A stretch of 64,000 bases of DNA from a virus. Under the pieces are notes generated by a model. The model searched no databases. It was given only the letters and a program-made list of their open reading frames with translations, and was not told the origin of the DNA. Each line of letters opens with the position of its first letter. Within the stretch, counting starts at the first letter, position 1. Positions 50,166 to 58,088 of this stretch are shown in pieces. Made by a program: the position numbers and the translations under genes. The DNA lies in IMG/VR virus record IMGVR_UViG_3300033150_000701, positions 4,985 through 68,984 of that record, one strand, 5' to 3'.

Positions 50166-50843
50166 TCAGTTGGTTAAGCACTCTAGGATTTTACTAGCTC
50201 TCTTAATCCCTAACCCCTTAATCTTTCTACTCATGGTTTTAGGAGACATACTACATAGATCGCTAAGTGAAAAATCCTTAGCTATCAGATCAGCAGTACT
50301 CCTACCTATACTAGGAATCTGACATAGCATGTTAGACTTGATCTCCAGTAGAGTACTGCCTTTCCTACGTACAGGCTTAAGAGAGCTAGTTTTCTTAGTA
50401 TGCTTAAGGTATAGAGATGTAACCAGCTTAACAAACTGTTCCCTATCCACCACATTAAAAGTGTGAACATTATAGGATAGTGAAACAGTAGCTAGTACTG
50501 ACAGTATAGTGTTCTCTCTCTTATCTATGTCCTCATCACTAAGCTTAGCCTTGTACACCCTAGATCCACTTCTGATCCACCTGTACACAGGCGGTATACT
50601 ACCTACAACTATCAATATAGGCTTGTCAAAGTTACTAGAGATATTATACATTTGATCCCATAGTCTACTATCGTATATTGAACCCATCAGATCACTAACT
50701 GTCTTCCTCTCTATAGCTACCTCTCCAAACACATAGTCCCCTACAGGCAACTGTTTCCTTTCAACAAGTATACCAGACTGCTCTAACATAGTCTGAATCC
50801 TAACAGGCTCATGTACGTCTATGAATAGAGTCAAGCTGATCAC
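50166..50843 (-). CDS. ERCC4/XPF-family structure-specific nuclease with HhH motifs
   Basis: IDVHE, LPVGDY, IERKTVSDL..SI.D.RL..Q, C-terminal IPSIG / IKGLG. Confidence 0.9.
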   Translation of the reverse strand: MISLTLFIDVHEPVRIQTMLEQSGILVERKQLPVGDYVFGEVAIERKTVSDLMGSIYDSRLWDQMYNISSNFDKPILIVVGSIPPVYRWIRSGSRVYKAKLSDEDIDKRENTILSVLATVSLSYNVHTFNVVDREQFVKLVTSLYLKHTKKTSSLKPVRRKGSTLLEIKSNMLCQIPSIGRSTADLIAKDFSLSDLCSMSPKTMSRKIKGLGIKRASKILECLTN

Positions 50844-50890
50844 ATACCTCTTACAGAGACTTTATTCAACGTTGAATACTTACAGCTAAA

Positions 50891-51910
50891 CTATCCTGAT
50901 CTCCTAGACACATCTCTGATACCACTAGAGTCAATAACGAACTCTGCTGATCTTCTAGGTAGTGAAGGAGCATCAAACACTGTAGCCTCCCATAGCTGTC
51001 TAGTAGAGCTTTTCTGTCTAAGAGCAATCCATGTTGTAACAGAGTGCTTCAGTACATGTCCACCGTACAGTGCATGTGGTCTAGCCTCTTTCATTTGAAC
51101 CTCTAACTGTTTACTGCTGTCAGGTATACCCATCACCTGAATAGTAAGCACTACAGCCATGTTGTATTGTGAAGCTAAATACTGTAAATACCCTAAGTGT
51201 CTAGCAGTCTCCTGTGATCTACCTGACAGTACCTCTCTACCTTGAAACTCATCTCTAAACCTAGCACTAAAAGAATCCACTACTAGTAAGCCTATGTCTA
51301 CTCCCTTCTTGATCTCCTTCTCTATCCTTTCATAAGCCAACATTTGCCTAGCAGTATCAATGATCAAGTGTGCAGGTATAACAAATATGTCTCCACTAGG
51401 ATCAATACTGACACCTTTAGCCTCAGCTATCTCAAGTATTCTCTCTGGTCTAAAACAGCCTGGTTCTGTCTCGATCCAAGCTACCTTACGATCCAGATAC
51501 TTCTTACAGTTAACAGCTAACTGCTTACATAACTGAGTCTTACCAGTACCAAACTGTCCACTTAAACCTGTAATAGCATCTGTCTCTACTCCACCACCTA
51601 GAACAGCATCTAGATCACTTGAACCTGTAGGTATACGCTGGATCTTAGTAGCTCTATACTCCACTATCTCTTCTAGAGTCTTAAGTTCCAGTGCTTTATC
51701 TAGAGCTATAGACTTAGCCTGATTGATCAACATCCTACTCTTAGCCTTACTCCACCCTAGTATCTCAGATATCTCTGACACTCTAGATATAGCAACCTTT
51801 TCTATACTGTCAATACCGTTGTCTATTAGCTTCTCTGCTGACTTAGCACCTACACCTTTAAGGGTGCTTAACACTTCAACACTATTGCTGTTGCTCATTC
51901 TCACTATCAC
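50891..51910 (-). CDS. radA: RadA recombinase
   Basis: N-terminal HhH LKGVG, RIPTGSSDLDAVLGGG, Walker A GQFGTGKTQ, LLVVDS, GGHVLKH. Confidence 0.92.
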   Translation of the reverse strand: MIVRMSNSNSVEVLSTLKGVGAKSAEKLIDNGIDSIEKVAISRVSEISEILGWSKAKSRMLINQAKSIALDKALELKTLEEIVEYRATKIQRIPTGSSDLDAVLGGGVETDAITGLSGQFGTGKTQLCKQLAVNCKKYLDRKVAWIETEPGCFRPERILEIAEAKGVSIDPSGDIFVIPAHLIIDTARQMLAYERIEKEIKKGVDIGLLVVDSFSARFRDEFQGREVLSGRSQETARHLGYLQYLASQYNMAVVLTIQVMGIPDSSKQLEVQMKEARPHALYGGHVLKHSVTTWIALRQKSSTRQLWEATVFDAPSLPRRSAEFVIDSSGIRDVSRRSG

Positions 51911-52094
51911 TCTCCTTACAAAGGCTTAACCATGCTATAACAGCCCATATGTGAATACAGTAAGAGCTACTAGAGGTAAAGCTCTTACAGTCACACTTGA
52001 ATTTTAGATTAGGCATTAACCATACTTCAGCTTCATCTTTAGGGGTAGTAACCTTCCAACACCTGTATGATAAAGGCTCTACTACAATCCCCAT
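51882..52094 (-). CDS. SWIM Zn-finger protein
   Basis: FKCDC..F.....CIHI.AV. Confidence 0.75.
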   Translation of the reverse strand: MGIVVEPLSYRCWKVTTPKDEAEVWLMPNLKFKCDCKSFTSSSSYCIHIWAVIAWLSLCKESDSENEQQQ

Positions 52095-52947
52095 GATCTC
52101 AAACCCTCCCTGATATCTTCACATATCTTGTCAAATGTGATACTGGTGTCTAGTGTAGCTCCTATAAACCCTGGATGACCACCTATCTTGTACCCTTTAG
52201 GCCTTAACAGGTCAACAAGTAACAGTGACAGTTCACCTCTACCTGAAAGGGTATGTCTAGCAGTGTTAACAACAATCACCGTGTACTCAGGACTATTACT
52301 CCTGATCTCAGTAGCAATCCTACCAGTAATCTTGAGATCACTCTCCAAGTGTAACAGTAAGAAATCCTTGATCACAACAGTATTCTTGATCTTGTCCTGT
52401 CCAAACTCTCCAAGTACCCTCTTGATCTCCTTCTTGACTACTCCCTTAGCATTGATCCCTATAACACTATTAAGCAGTTGATCAGGACTGTCAACCCTAT
52501 ACAACAGATCAAATGCTTCTATAGGATTACCTGTTCTACAAATAGCATTAACAGGTGAACTCAACAGCTTATACACAGAGTATGGATAGTGCTTAACTGA
52601 TCCATAACTAGAGTACTAGGTATACGATCCTTAAACAGACTATACACCAACATACCTGTAGGAACATAGCCCTTAACCAGCCTGTAGTTAGGAGACTCAT
52701 CGTGATCATGATGATCTATGCATAGACCTTGATAGTTGTCTGTTAACGGTCTACCTAGATCTAAAGCTACATCTTGATCGTAGTCTCCAAACACACTAGG
52801 TGAATACAGTTTAGGCCTATACCCTAAAACATAGCTAAACAGTACTGCACTAGCTACACCATCACCATCATCATGAAATGCAACAGTTAGATCAGGCCTA
52901 GACACAAACTGATCTAGGTCTTGTCTAGACAGATTGTAAAACTCCAT
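52082..52947 (-). pseudogene. DHH phosphoesterase (RecJ/NrnA-like) split into two ORFs (52561-52947 and 52082-52576)
   Basis: First ORF has HDDGDG, LDLG and IDHH; second has DHHA1 SGRG and GGH. The two ORFs overlap in different frames. Confidence 0.7.
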
Positions 52948-53195
52948 ACATTATCACCTCCTACCTTTTCCTATTATCCAATACTCTACCGTATTCAACG
53001 TTGAATAGCCACAGTATAGAAAACAGACACTTACCCATTCTGAAATTGCCCCTTTTCCTATAGTATAGCTTCTTAACTCACCTTAGAGTCTAGAACCTTA
53101 ACCCATACAGACATTAATAAACATTAGCTAGAAGCGTTTAGGGATCGAGCACAACAAAATAAAAAATATCTAAGTCTCGTGATCCCTGTTCTAGC

Positions 53196-53456
53196 TTAAC
53201 ATTGGAAAATAGGTAGGCTGTTAAGCTTACTAGCTAAGTTCTCAGCATCCTTAGATCCCAGTTTAAACTTGTTTCTAATGTAGTCCATGCTCAAATAGCC
53301 CTTGTTAAGAAAATAGCATGATCCAGTATTGCCTACCATAAGCACAGTCAAGAATCTACCTCCAAACCACTCTACAAAATAGTCTTCACCATCTACAACC
53401 ATAACAGTGTAGTTGGTACTGTCCATGTTAAAGTTGTCAAAGTATATTATCCTCAA
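53196..53456 (-). CDS. Hypothetical protein
   Basis: ORF in the main orientation. Confidence 0.5.
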   Translation of the reverse strand: MRIIYFDNFNMDSTNYTVMVVDGEDYFVEWFGGRFLTVLMVGNTGSCYFLNKGYLSMDYIRNKFKLGSKDAENLASKLNSLPIFQC

Positions 53457-53667
53457 GTTGCTTCACCCTCTCCTGTAACTGTTTTGAAGCAAGTAAACTA
53501 AAAGCCTCTGCTTCATCTAGCAGATCCCATATCGACTGTACTAGAGAGTTGAACGGTGCATTATACAGTACTACTATCTCAGCATCTTCAGTAGACTCTA
53601 GATCATCTAAGTCTTCAGGTTCTACCTTAGTGTCGTACAGTATACCTACAACTAAAGCCATCTTCAT
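53437..53667 (-). CDS. Acidic hypothetical protein
   Basis: Coupled to neighbours; SD GGAGGTG. Confidence 0.5.
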   Translation of the reverse strand: MKMALVVGILYDTKVEPEDLDDLESTEDAEIVVLYNAPFNSLVQSIWDLLDEAEAFSLLASKQLQERVKQLEDNIL

Positions 53668-53933
53668 TCTAGATTATCACCTCCTATTGTTTTAACGGTA
53701 GTAACAATAACATTACCATCCTGTAGGGTTGCATTAAAGTCTCTAGACATAACACTATCAAACCGTATAGCATCAATAGTACCCCTATTGTAGTGAACCT
53801 TGATCACTGGACATTCAGGATTACCACACTCTAACCATGCTTTACTCTTTCTATCTAAGTATCGGATCAATGGTTCACCACACAATGGACATCTTTTAGT
53901 TTCATCTATAACAAAACCATTCAAACACACCAC
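53664..53933 (-). CDS. Zn-ribbon protein
   Basis: CPLCG...ECGNPEC. Confidence 0.55.
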   Translation of the reverse strand: MVCLNGFVIDETKRCPLCGEPLIRYLDRKSKAWLECGNPECPVIKVHYNRGTIDAIRFDSVMSRDFNATLQDGNVIVTTVKTIGGDNLE

Positions 53934-53961
53934 CCCTGTAAATATTCAACGTTGAATAAGA

Positions 53962-54147
53962 TTAGGAAGACAGTCCCTTCAGGAGAGACTCTATGTTATC
54001 CAGCTTAGATAATATCACCTGTAACCTACAAACTACACAGTACATTAGCAGATCAGACTGGCTATAGTACATAACATCAGAGCTATTGAAGCACTTACAC
54101 TTCTCACCTGTAAACCTACAAGTTAACGGTTCGTTGACCATAGACAC
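53962..54147 (-). CDS. Small Cys-rich protein
   Basis: C.....C.C...C..C plus a short coiled coil. Confidence 0.45.
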   Translation of the reverse strand: MSMVNEPLTCRFTGEKCKCFNSSDVMYYSQSDLLMYCVVCRLQVILSKLDNIESLLKGLSS

Positions 54148-54173
54148 TTATACTTCACCTCCCATACTATTGT

Positions 54174-54509
54174 TTAATCTGATCCTTGAAACCTGTTAAG
54201 AAATAAAGGGTTAACTAAATACCTATGAGATCTATGACGATCCCTGATAATAGTAAGTACGTTAAAGTCTCCCAGTCTATGAAGTAACTGATACATGTAC
54301 TGTCCTCCAACATTATAACAGAGAGATCTTAAGAGACTAGACGTAATAGGAATACCAACCCTATCTACTGCTATACACCATCTAACTACATCTACAGTCT
54401 GCTCGTATATCCGTTTAACACCATAGTCCCTTAATGCAAAGTATACCTGTTCAGGCTGGATATTAGAGTACTCAGCCCTAATCTGATCAAGTAAATCCTG
54501 TAACTCCAT
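54174..54509 (-). CDS. Putative winged-HTH protein
   Basis: PITSSLL...YQLLHRLGDFNVL.......Y pattern. Confidence 0.45.
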   Translation of the reverse strand: MELQDLLDQIRAEYSNIQPEQVYFALRDYGVKRIYEQTVDVVRWCIAVDRVGIPITSSLLRSLCYNVGGQYMYQLLHRLGDFNVLTIIRDRHRSHRYLVNPLFLNRFQGSD

Positions 54510-54523
54510 TTGTGTATCACCTC

Positions 54524-55225
54524 TTAGAGCAGTCTATTGTAAAGTTCTGATATTGGAACCATTACGGGACTTAGATAATTTTGATCAGCTAGATCCAGCT
54601 CTAATAGTCCAACTACATCACCCTTAAGCCAGTACACACTGTACTTGTAATATGTTGGATCAGCAGTTCTCAACTGTTCAAGTTGATCCATAGTAGACAA
54701 CCCTACATCACCTATGATCTTTCTAATGAAGCTTCGATCATAGGGATTAGTACCACTACTTCTGAATATGATCCCATCCAGATTAGATCTAAGCAGTGGA
54801 TCAATACTAAAGAACCTATGTACCCCTAGAACAGACAGAATGTATCCATAGTTTCTACCAGTACACTTTAACCAGTCATGTCTAATAGTAAAGTATCTGC
54901 TTAAAACATCACTAGGTACCTTCTGTAGGGTTAGATCGTCTATGAACAGTAGCTGTACAAGCTTATCGTCTAAACCATACTGCATAGTAAGCTCCAGATC
55001 AGTAGACTGCTTACAGTTAACGTTAGCTTCACCATAATAGTCACAAAGTATCTCTGCTAGTTTACGTACACACTCAGTCTTACCTGAACCTATTTGACCG
55101 TATATCAGTATGTTACGGAACTGTACATGATTGATCTCGTAGCTAGTGTCAGGAACAGATCGTATGATCTCAGTAGGTATCAAGATCCTATCCATAAACA
55201 CATTATTGCTACTGGTTAACTTCAA
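54524..55225 (-). CDS. P-loop ATPase, FtsK/HerA superfamily (A32/Zot-like)
   Basis: Walker A GQIGSGKT, Walker B LLFIDD, arginine-finger IRH, then H..F.ID..LRSN. Confidence 0.65.
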   Translation of the reverse strand: MKLTSSNNVFMDRILIPTEIIRSVPDTSYEINHVQFRNILIYGQIGSGKTECVRKLAEILCDYYGEANVNCKQSTDLELTMQYGLDDKLVQLLFIDDLTLQKVPSDVLSRYFTIRHDWLKCTGRNYGYILSVLGVHRFFSIDPLLRSNLDGIIFRSSGTNPYDRSFIRKIIGDVGLSTMDQLEQLRTADPTYYKYSVYWLKGDVVGLLELDLADQNYLSPVMVPISELYNRLL

Positions 55226-55228
55226 CTC

Positions 55229-55522
55229 TCACTCCTCTACATTATTTTCAACGTTGAATGAACACTCTAACTCTATAACTGGAGTGTCAATAGGCACATC
55301 ACCAGACATGTAACTGTCCTGAGTAATCCTACATGCGTCAACAGTCATGTTAGGATTAAACTTCTTCAATAGTAAGAAAACTTTAGGGATCTTAGAAATC
55401 CTCACTCCTCTAGCTCTAAGTACCACAGTGCCAACACCTGAATCTCTAAGTGCATGAGCGTACACCACATAACTCATAGGTGATCTCCTACCTACCCTTA
55501 CAACGTTGTCTAATTCACTCAT
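55229..55522 (-). CDS. albA: Alba-family nucleoid/RNA-binding protein
   Basis: NVVRVGRRSPMSYV...GVGTVVLRARG..ISK...IEL matches Alba (NVVLIGKKPVMNYV...KARGRAISK). Start taken at ATG 55522 after SD GGAGGTG. Confidence 0.8.
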   Translation of the reverse strand: MSELDNVVRVGRRSPMSYVVYAHALRDSGVGTVVLRARGVRISKIPKVFLLLKKFNPNMTVDACRITQDSYMSGDVPIDTPVIELECSFNVENNVEE

Positions 55523-55529
55523 GTATAGT

Positions 55530-55751
55530 TCACCTCCACATTTCATCTATTTTGATGTACACGTCTACACCTACAACCTCTCTAAGAGATTGTATTATGT
55601 TCCTTAATGCTGTTTGGTTGTGTTTACTTATAAAGATCACCATGTTGCCATCACCATCTTGTCCTGTATACTCTAGCCTTCCACAGATCACCATTGGTAG
55701 CACCGATCTAGTATCAGCCTTTTGTGGTGGGTACTCTAATTCCAATTCCAT
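55530..55751 (-). CDS. Hypothetical protein
   Basis: ORF with SD GGAGGTG. Confidence 0.5.
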   Translation of the reverse strand: MELELEYPPQKADTRSVLPMVICGRLEYTGQDGDGNMVIFISKHNQTALRNIIQSLREVVGVDVYIKIDEMWR

Positions 55752-55837
55752 GCTGTGTAGATCACCTCCTTCTAGTTGTTTTTATCCTGTTGTTAAAGCA
55801 GGACTGTGATCTAGGTAGGGATCTATTCAACGTTGAA

Positions 55838-56587
55838 TCACTTTATGCAAGGTGCTAGGTAGTAGCATAGCTTATGTCCCGTAGCAATTAACTCTACAGG
55901 TGCATCGTTACCAAACAGTAATGACACTACGTCACATAAAGGCTTAAGAGCTTTAACCAGAGGCATTAACAGTTCTAGATCAAAACTAGACTTAGCACAT
56001 CCATCAATGTCAAGTACAGCATCATCTCCAGATTCAAATACTACATCACATGTAGCAGATTCATCTCTAGACGTCAACGTGAATACTCCAGATTCAATAT
56101 TGAAATCTATAATGGTATCTTCAACAACCTTGAACATTTTAAGTGACTCTTCAAACTCTGCTAGGTCTAGTATTACCATAGCATTAACAGGTATGTTAAC
56201 ATCAGGCAGATCAGATCTGTACAGTGTTGGAATTGGAATAGTAAACTTGGATCTCTTGATCTTAATGATCAGCGTGTCTAGTAGATCGTTGTGATATTCA
56301 ACGTTGAATATTACTGGATCACCTTTCTTAGCCATCTTCAATACTCCTGATCTACCAACTACCTTCTCTAAAGGCATATGAAATGATACAGGAGTCTCAA
56401 CACTATACTGATCAAAGTCTGAACTAGGTATCTCTAAGCGTATCAATCTGGTGTGATCTCTAGATAGCTCTTCCACTAAGAGACCAGATTGACTAAACTG
56501 CATTAGTGGATCATCATTGTTAATGACAGCTACAGCATTGAATAATTTTCTAAGTCTAGCTCCATCACTATAAGTAAACAACTCCAT
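55838..56587 (-). CDS. pcn: PCNA sliding clamp
   Basis: 249 aa. L......D.T.LI.L.IP...FD.Y, SSF.L..L, L.FG.D.P, YYLAP. Confidence 0.88.
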   Translation of the reverse strand: MELFTYSDGARLRKLFNAVAVINNDDPLMQFSQSGLLVEELSRDHTRLIRLEIPSSDFDQYSVETPVSFHMPLEKVVGRSGVLKMAKKGDPVIFNVEYHNDLLDTLIIKIKRSKFTIPIPTLYRSDLPDVNIPVNAMVILDLAEFEESLKMFKVVEDTIIDFNIESGVFTLTSRDESATCDVVFESGDDAVLDIDGCAKSSFDLELLMPLVKALKPLCDVVSLLFGNDAPVELIATGHKLCYYLAPCIK

Positions 56588-56601
56588 AGCAATATCACCT
56601 C

Positions 56602-56769
56602 CTATTCTAAACCACTAGATAGTATAAGATCACTTACTGTCTCTTCACCATAATACTCCTCAATAGCCTTAGTTGGTACACCATCCAAGTACTCAGCAAC
56701 CAGCTCTTCCAATACTAAACATAAAGCCTCATCAAAACAATCAAGTTTCTCCTTATGTTTCTTGTACAT
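56602..56769 (-). CDS. Small acidic protein, 55 aa (not in ORF track)
   Basis: MYKKHKEKLDCFDEAL...LSSGLE between E1 and PCNA; SD GAGGTGA upstream. Confidence 0.5.
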   Translation of the reverse strand: MYKKHKEKLDCFDEALCLVLEELVAEYLDGVPTKAIEEYYGEETVSDLILSSGLE

Positions 56770-56790
56770 TACACATCACCTCTCACTTGA

Positions 56791-57450
56791 TTAACCATCA
56801 TGGAATAGGAACTGAAACGTGTTAGTGTCGAATGTAGTAACAAACGGTATAGGCTTGCCCATAACCCAGTTACGAATGTAACTAGCTACTACTGAAGCTA
56901 AAGTAAGCACATTAAATATGATACTCTGAGCAGTACACGGTAATTGTTCACCATCACCCTCTAGAGACTCTAGATATTCATAGTTAGGGTGTTTGAGATC
57001 AGTAAGAGCATACACAGCACCTACTAATCCACCCATCCTAGTATCAATGTATAGTTTAGGGTAGATATGTTCACTAGCAATTCTAAGTAGACTTGAATAG
57101 ATATCTCTTCTAGTCTCCTTAGAATCAACAGCAGACACTACTATCGGAGTAGAGATCAACTGTGAAGTATACTCTACTGGTTTAGCTCTGATCTTAACAC
57201 CATCACAGAATTGAGATATCATTCTAGAGAGAGCTTCTACCTTGTACTCTCCTACCTCACTAGCAGGGTAGAACTGGTTAGGAATATTGTGTGGCTCTAT
57301 ACGATCAGGATCGTACAGCACTAGCCTGTTAACACCCATCTTACCAAGTGTTAAAGCAGTAAACGATCCCACAGATCCAGTACCTATAACAGTAACAGAG
57401 GTCTTGTAGATGTTAGGATCAAATATGTCTAGTTGTCTAAGAAAGTCCAT
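56791..57450 (-). CDS. ThiF/E1-like adenylating enzyme
   Basis: RQ, GTGSVG, YDPD.IE.HNI.NQ, K, SAVDS..TR, DTRMGG, putative catalytic Cys in LPCTA; no CxxC pairs. Confidence 0.88.
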   Translation of the reverse strand: MDFLRQLDIFDPNIYKTSVTVIGTGSVGSFTALTLGKMGVNRLVLYDPDRIEPHNIPNQFYPASEVGEYKVEALSRMISQFCDGVKIRAKPVEYTSQLISTPIVVSAVDSKETRRDIYSSLLRIASEHIYPKLYIDTRMGGLVGAVYALTDLKHPNYEYLESLEGDGEQLPCTAQSIIFNVLTLASVVASYIRNWVMGKPIPFVTTFDTNTFQFLFHDG

Positions 57451-58088
57451 TAGTATATACCACCTCTAAGATAGCTCCAATCCCACTCATCATCAAATAA
57501 TCCATAGTCGTTGTAAGTGTCTAGTGCATCACCTTTAGACTTGTAGTAGCTAGACTTACGCTTCTTAGACTTCTTACCCTTCTTGTACTTGACCCTAGGA
57601 ACTAGCTCTTTGATCTTAGGTAGCTGTTCCTGAACCCACTTAGACACATCTATCTCTGGTAGCAACACTTTAACATCACACTTGACAGTACATTGTACAG
57701 GTTTAAAGTACGTAACTGAACAGCCATACTCACCCCTCCTATTAGTGATCAAGCTAACAACGTAAGGTAGCTGATCCAAGATACTTAGCCATGTTTCTTT
57801 AAAGTCATCATCGATCACAGAATCATGCGTACCCATATACGCATGACTATGCCATATACCTCTAATGTACTGATCAACCTCTGGATCAAGACTAGACATC
57901 CACTTAACCAGTTCCTTAGCATCTATATCGACACTGGTACTAGTAACAGTCTGTGGTGGTACATGTACATCTACGATCACATTGCCTCTGATCTCTAAGT
58001 ATCCACCTACCTCAGTAGTTAGTTTGTCTGTTAGACTCCATATTTTTTCATAGGTTTCAGGTGTTATGTATATTGTAGGATTGCTCAT
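57450..58088 (-). CDS. JAB/JAMM metallo-isopeptidase
   Basis: EVGG...HSHAYMGTHDSVID = E...HxHx7Sx2D. Confidence 0.87.
   Translation of the reverse strand: MSNPTIYITPETYEKIWSLTDKLTTEVGGYLEIRGNVIVDVHVPPQTVTSTSVDIDAKELVKWMSSLDPEVDQYIRGIWHSHAYMGTHDSVIDDDFKETWLSILDQLPYVVSLITNRRGEYGCSVTYFKPVQCTVKCDVKVLLPEIDVSKWVQEQLPKIKELVPRVKYKKGKKSKKRKSSYYKSKGDALDTYNDYGLFDDEWDWSYLRGGIY

Larger units (their letters stand above)
153..56308. repeat. Dispersed palindromic repeat, core TTCAACGTTGAA (consensus TATTCAACGTTGAATA), 31 exact core copies
   Basis: Core starts (hand-counted): 153, 1549, 4666, 6296, 8025, 9317, 9918, 15294, 16014, 18199, 20075, 21900, 22725, 25424, 26120, 27806, 31417, 32726, 35250, 36490, 38938, 40475, 43367, 45027, 47934, 50865, 52994, 53945, 55247, 55826, 56297. 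Near-matches at about 13519, 37677, 42537, 56093, 58625, 62546. Confidence 0.97.

Noticed and set aside
52950-53195. Intergenic region as replication origin
   Set aside because: AT-rich with one palindrome, a T-tract and a TATA-like element, but no iterons or ORB-like repeats; terminator plus promoter explains it.
153-56308. Palindrome as a CRISPR repeat or mini-array
   Set aside because: Copies are 12-20 bp, hundreds to thousands of bp apart and often inside genes; there is no repeat-spacer periodicity and no cas gene.
153-56308. Palindrome as a MITE/IS end or pure intrinsic terminator
   Set aside because: No transposase, target-site duplications or conserved flanks; 14 copies lie in-frame within genes, including essential ones; there is no loop or consistent U-tract.
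56602-56769. 55-aa ORF after E1 as the ubiquitin-like modifier
   Set aside because: Looks helical and acidic and ends in SGLE; no beta-grasp pattern or GG terminus.
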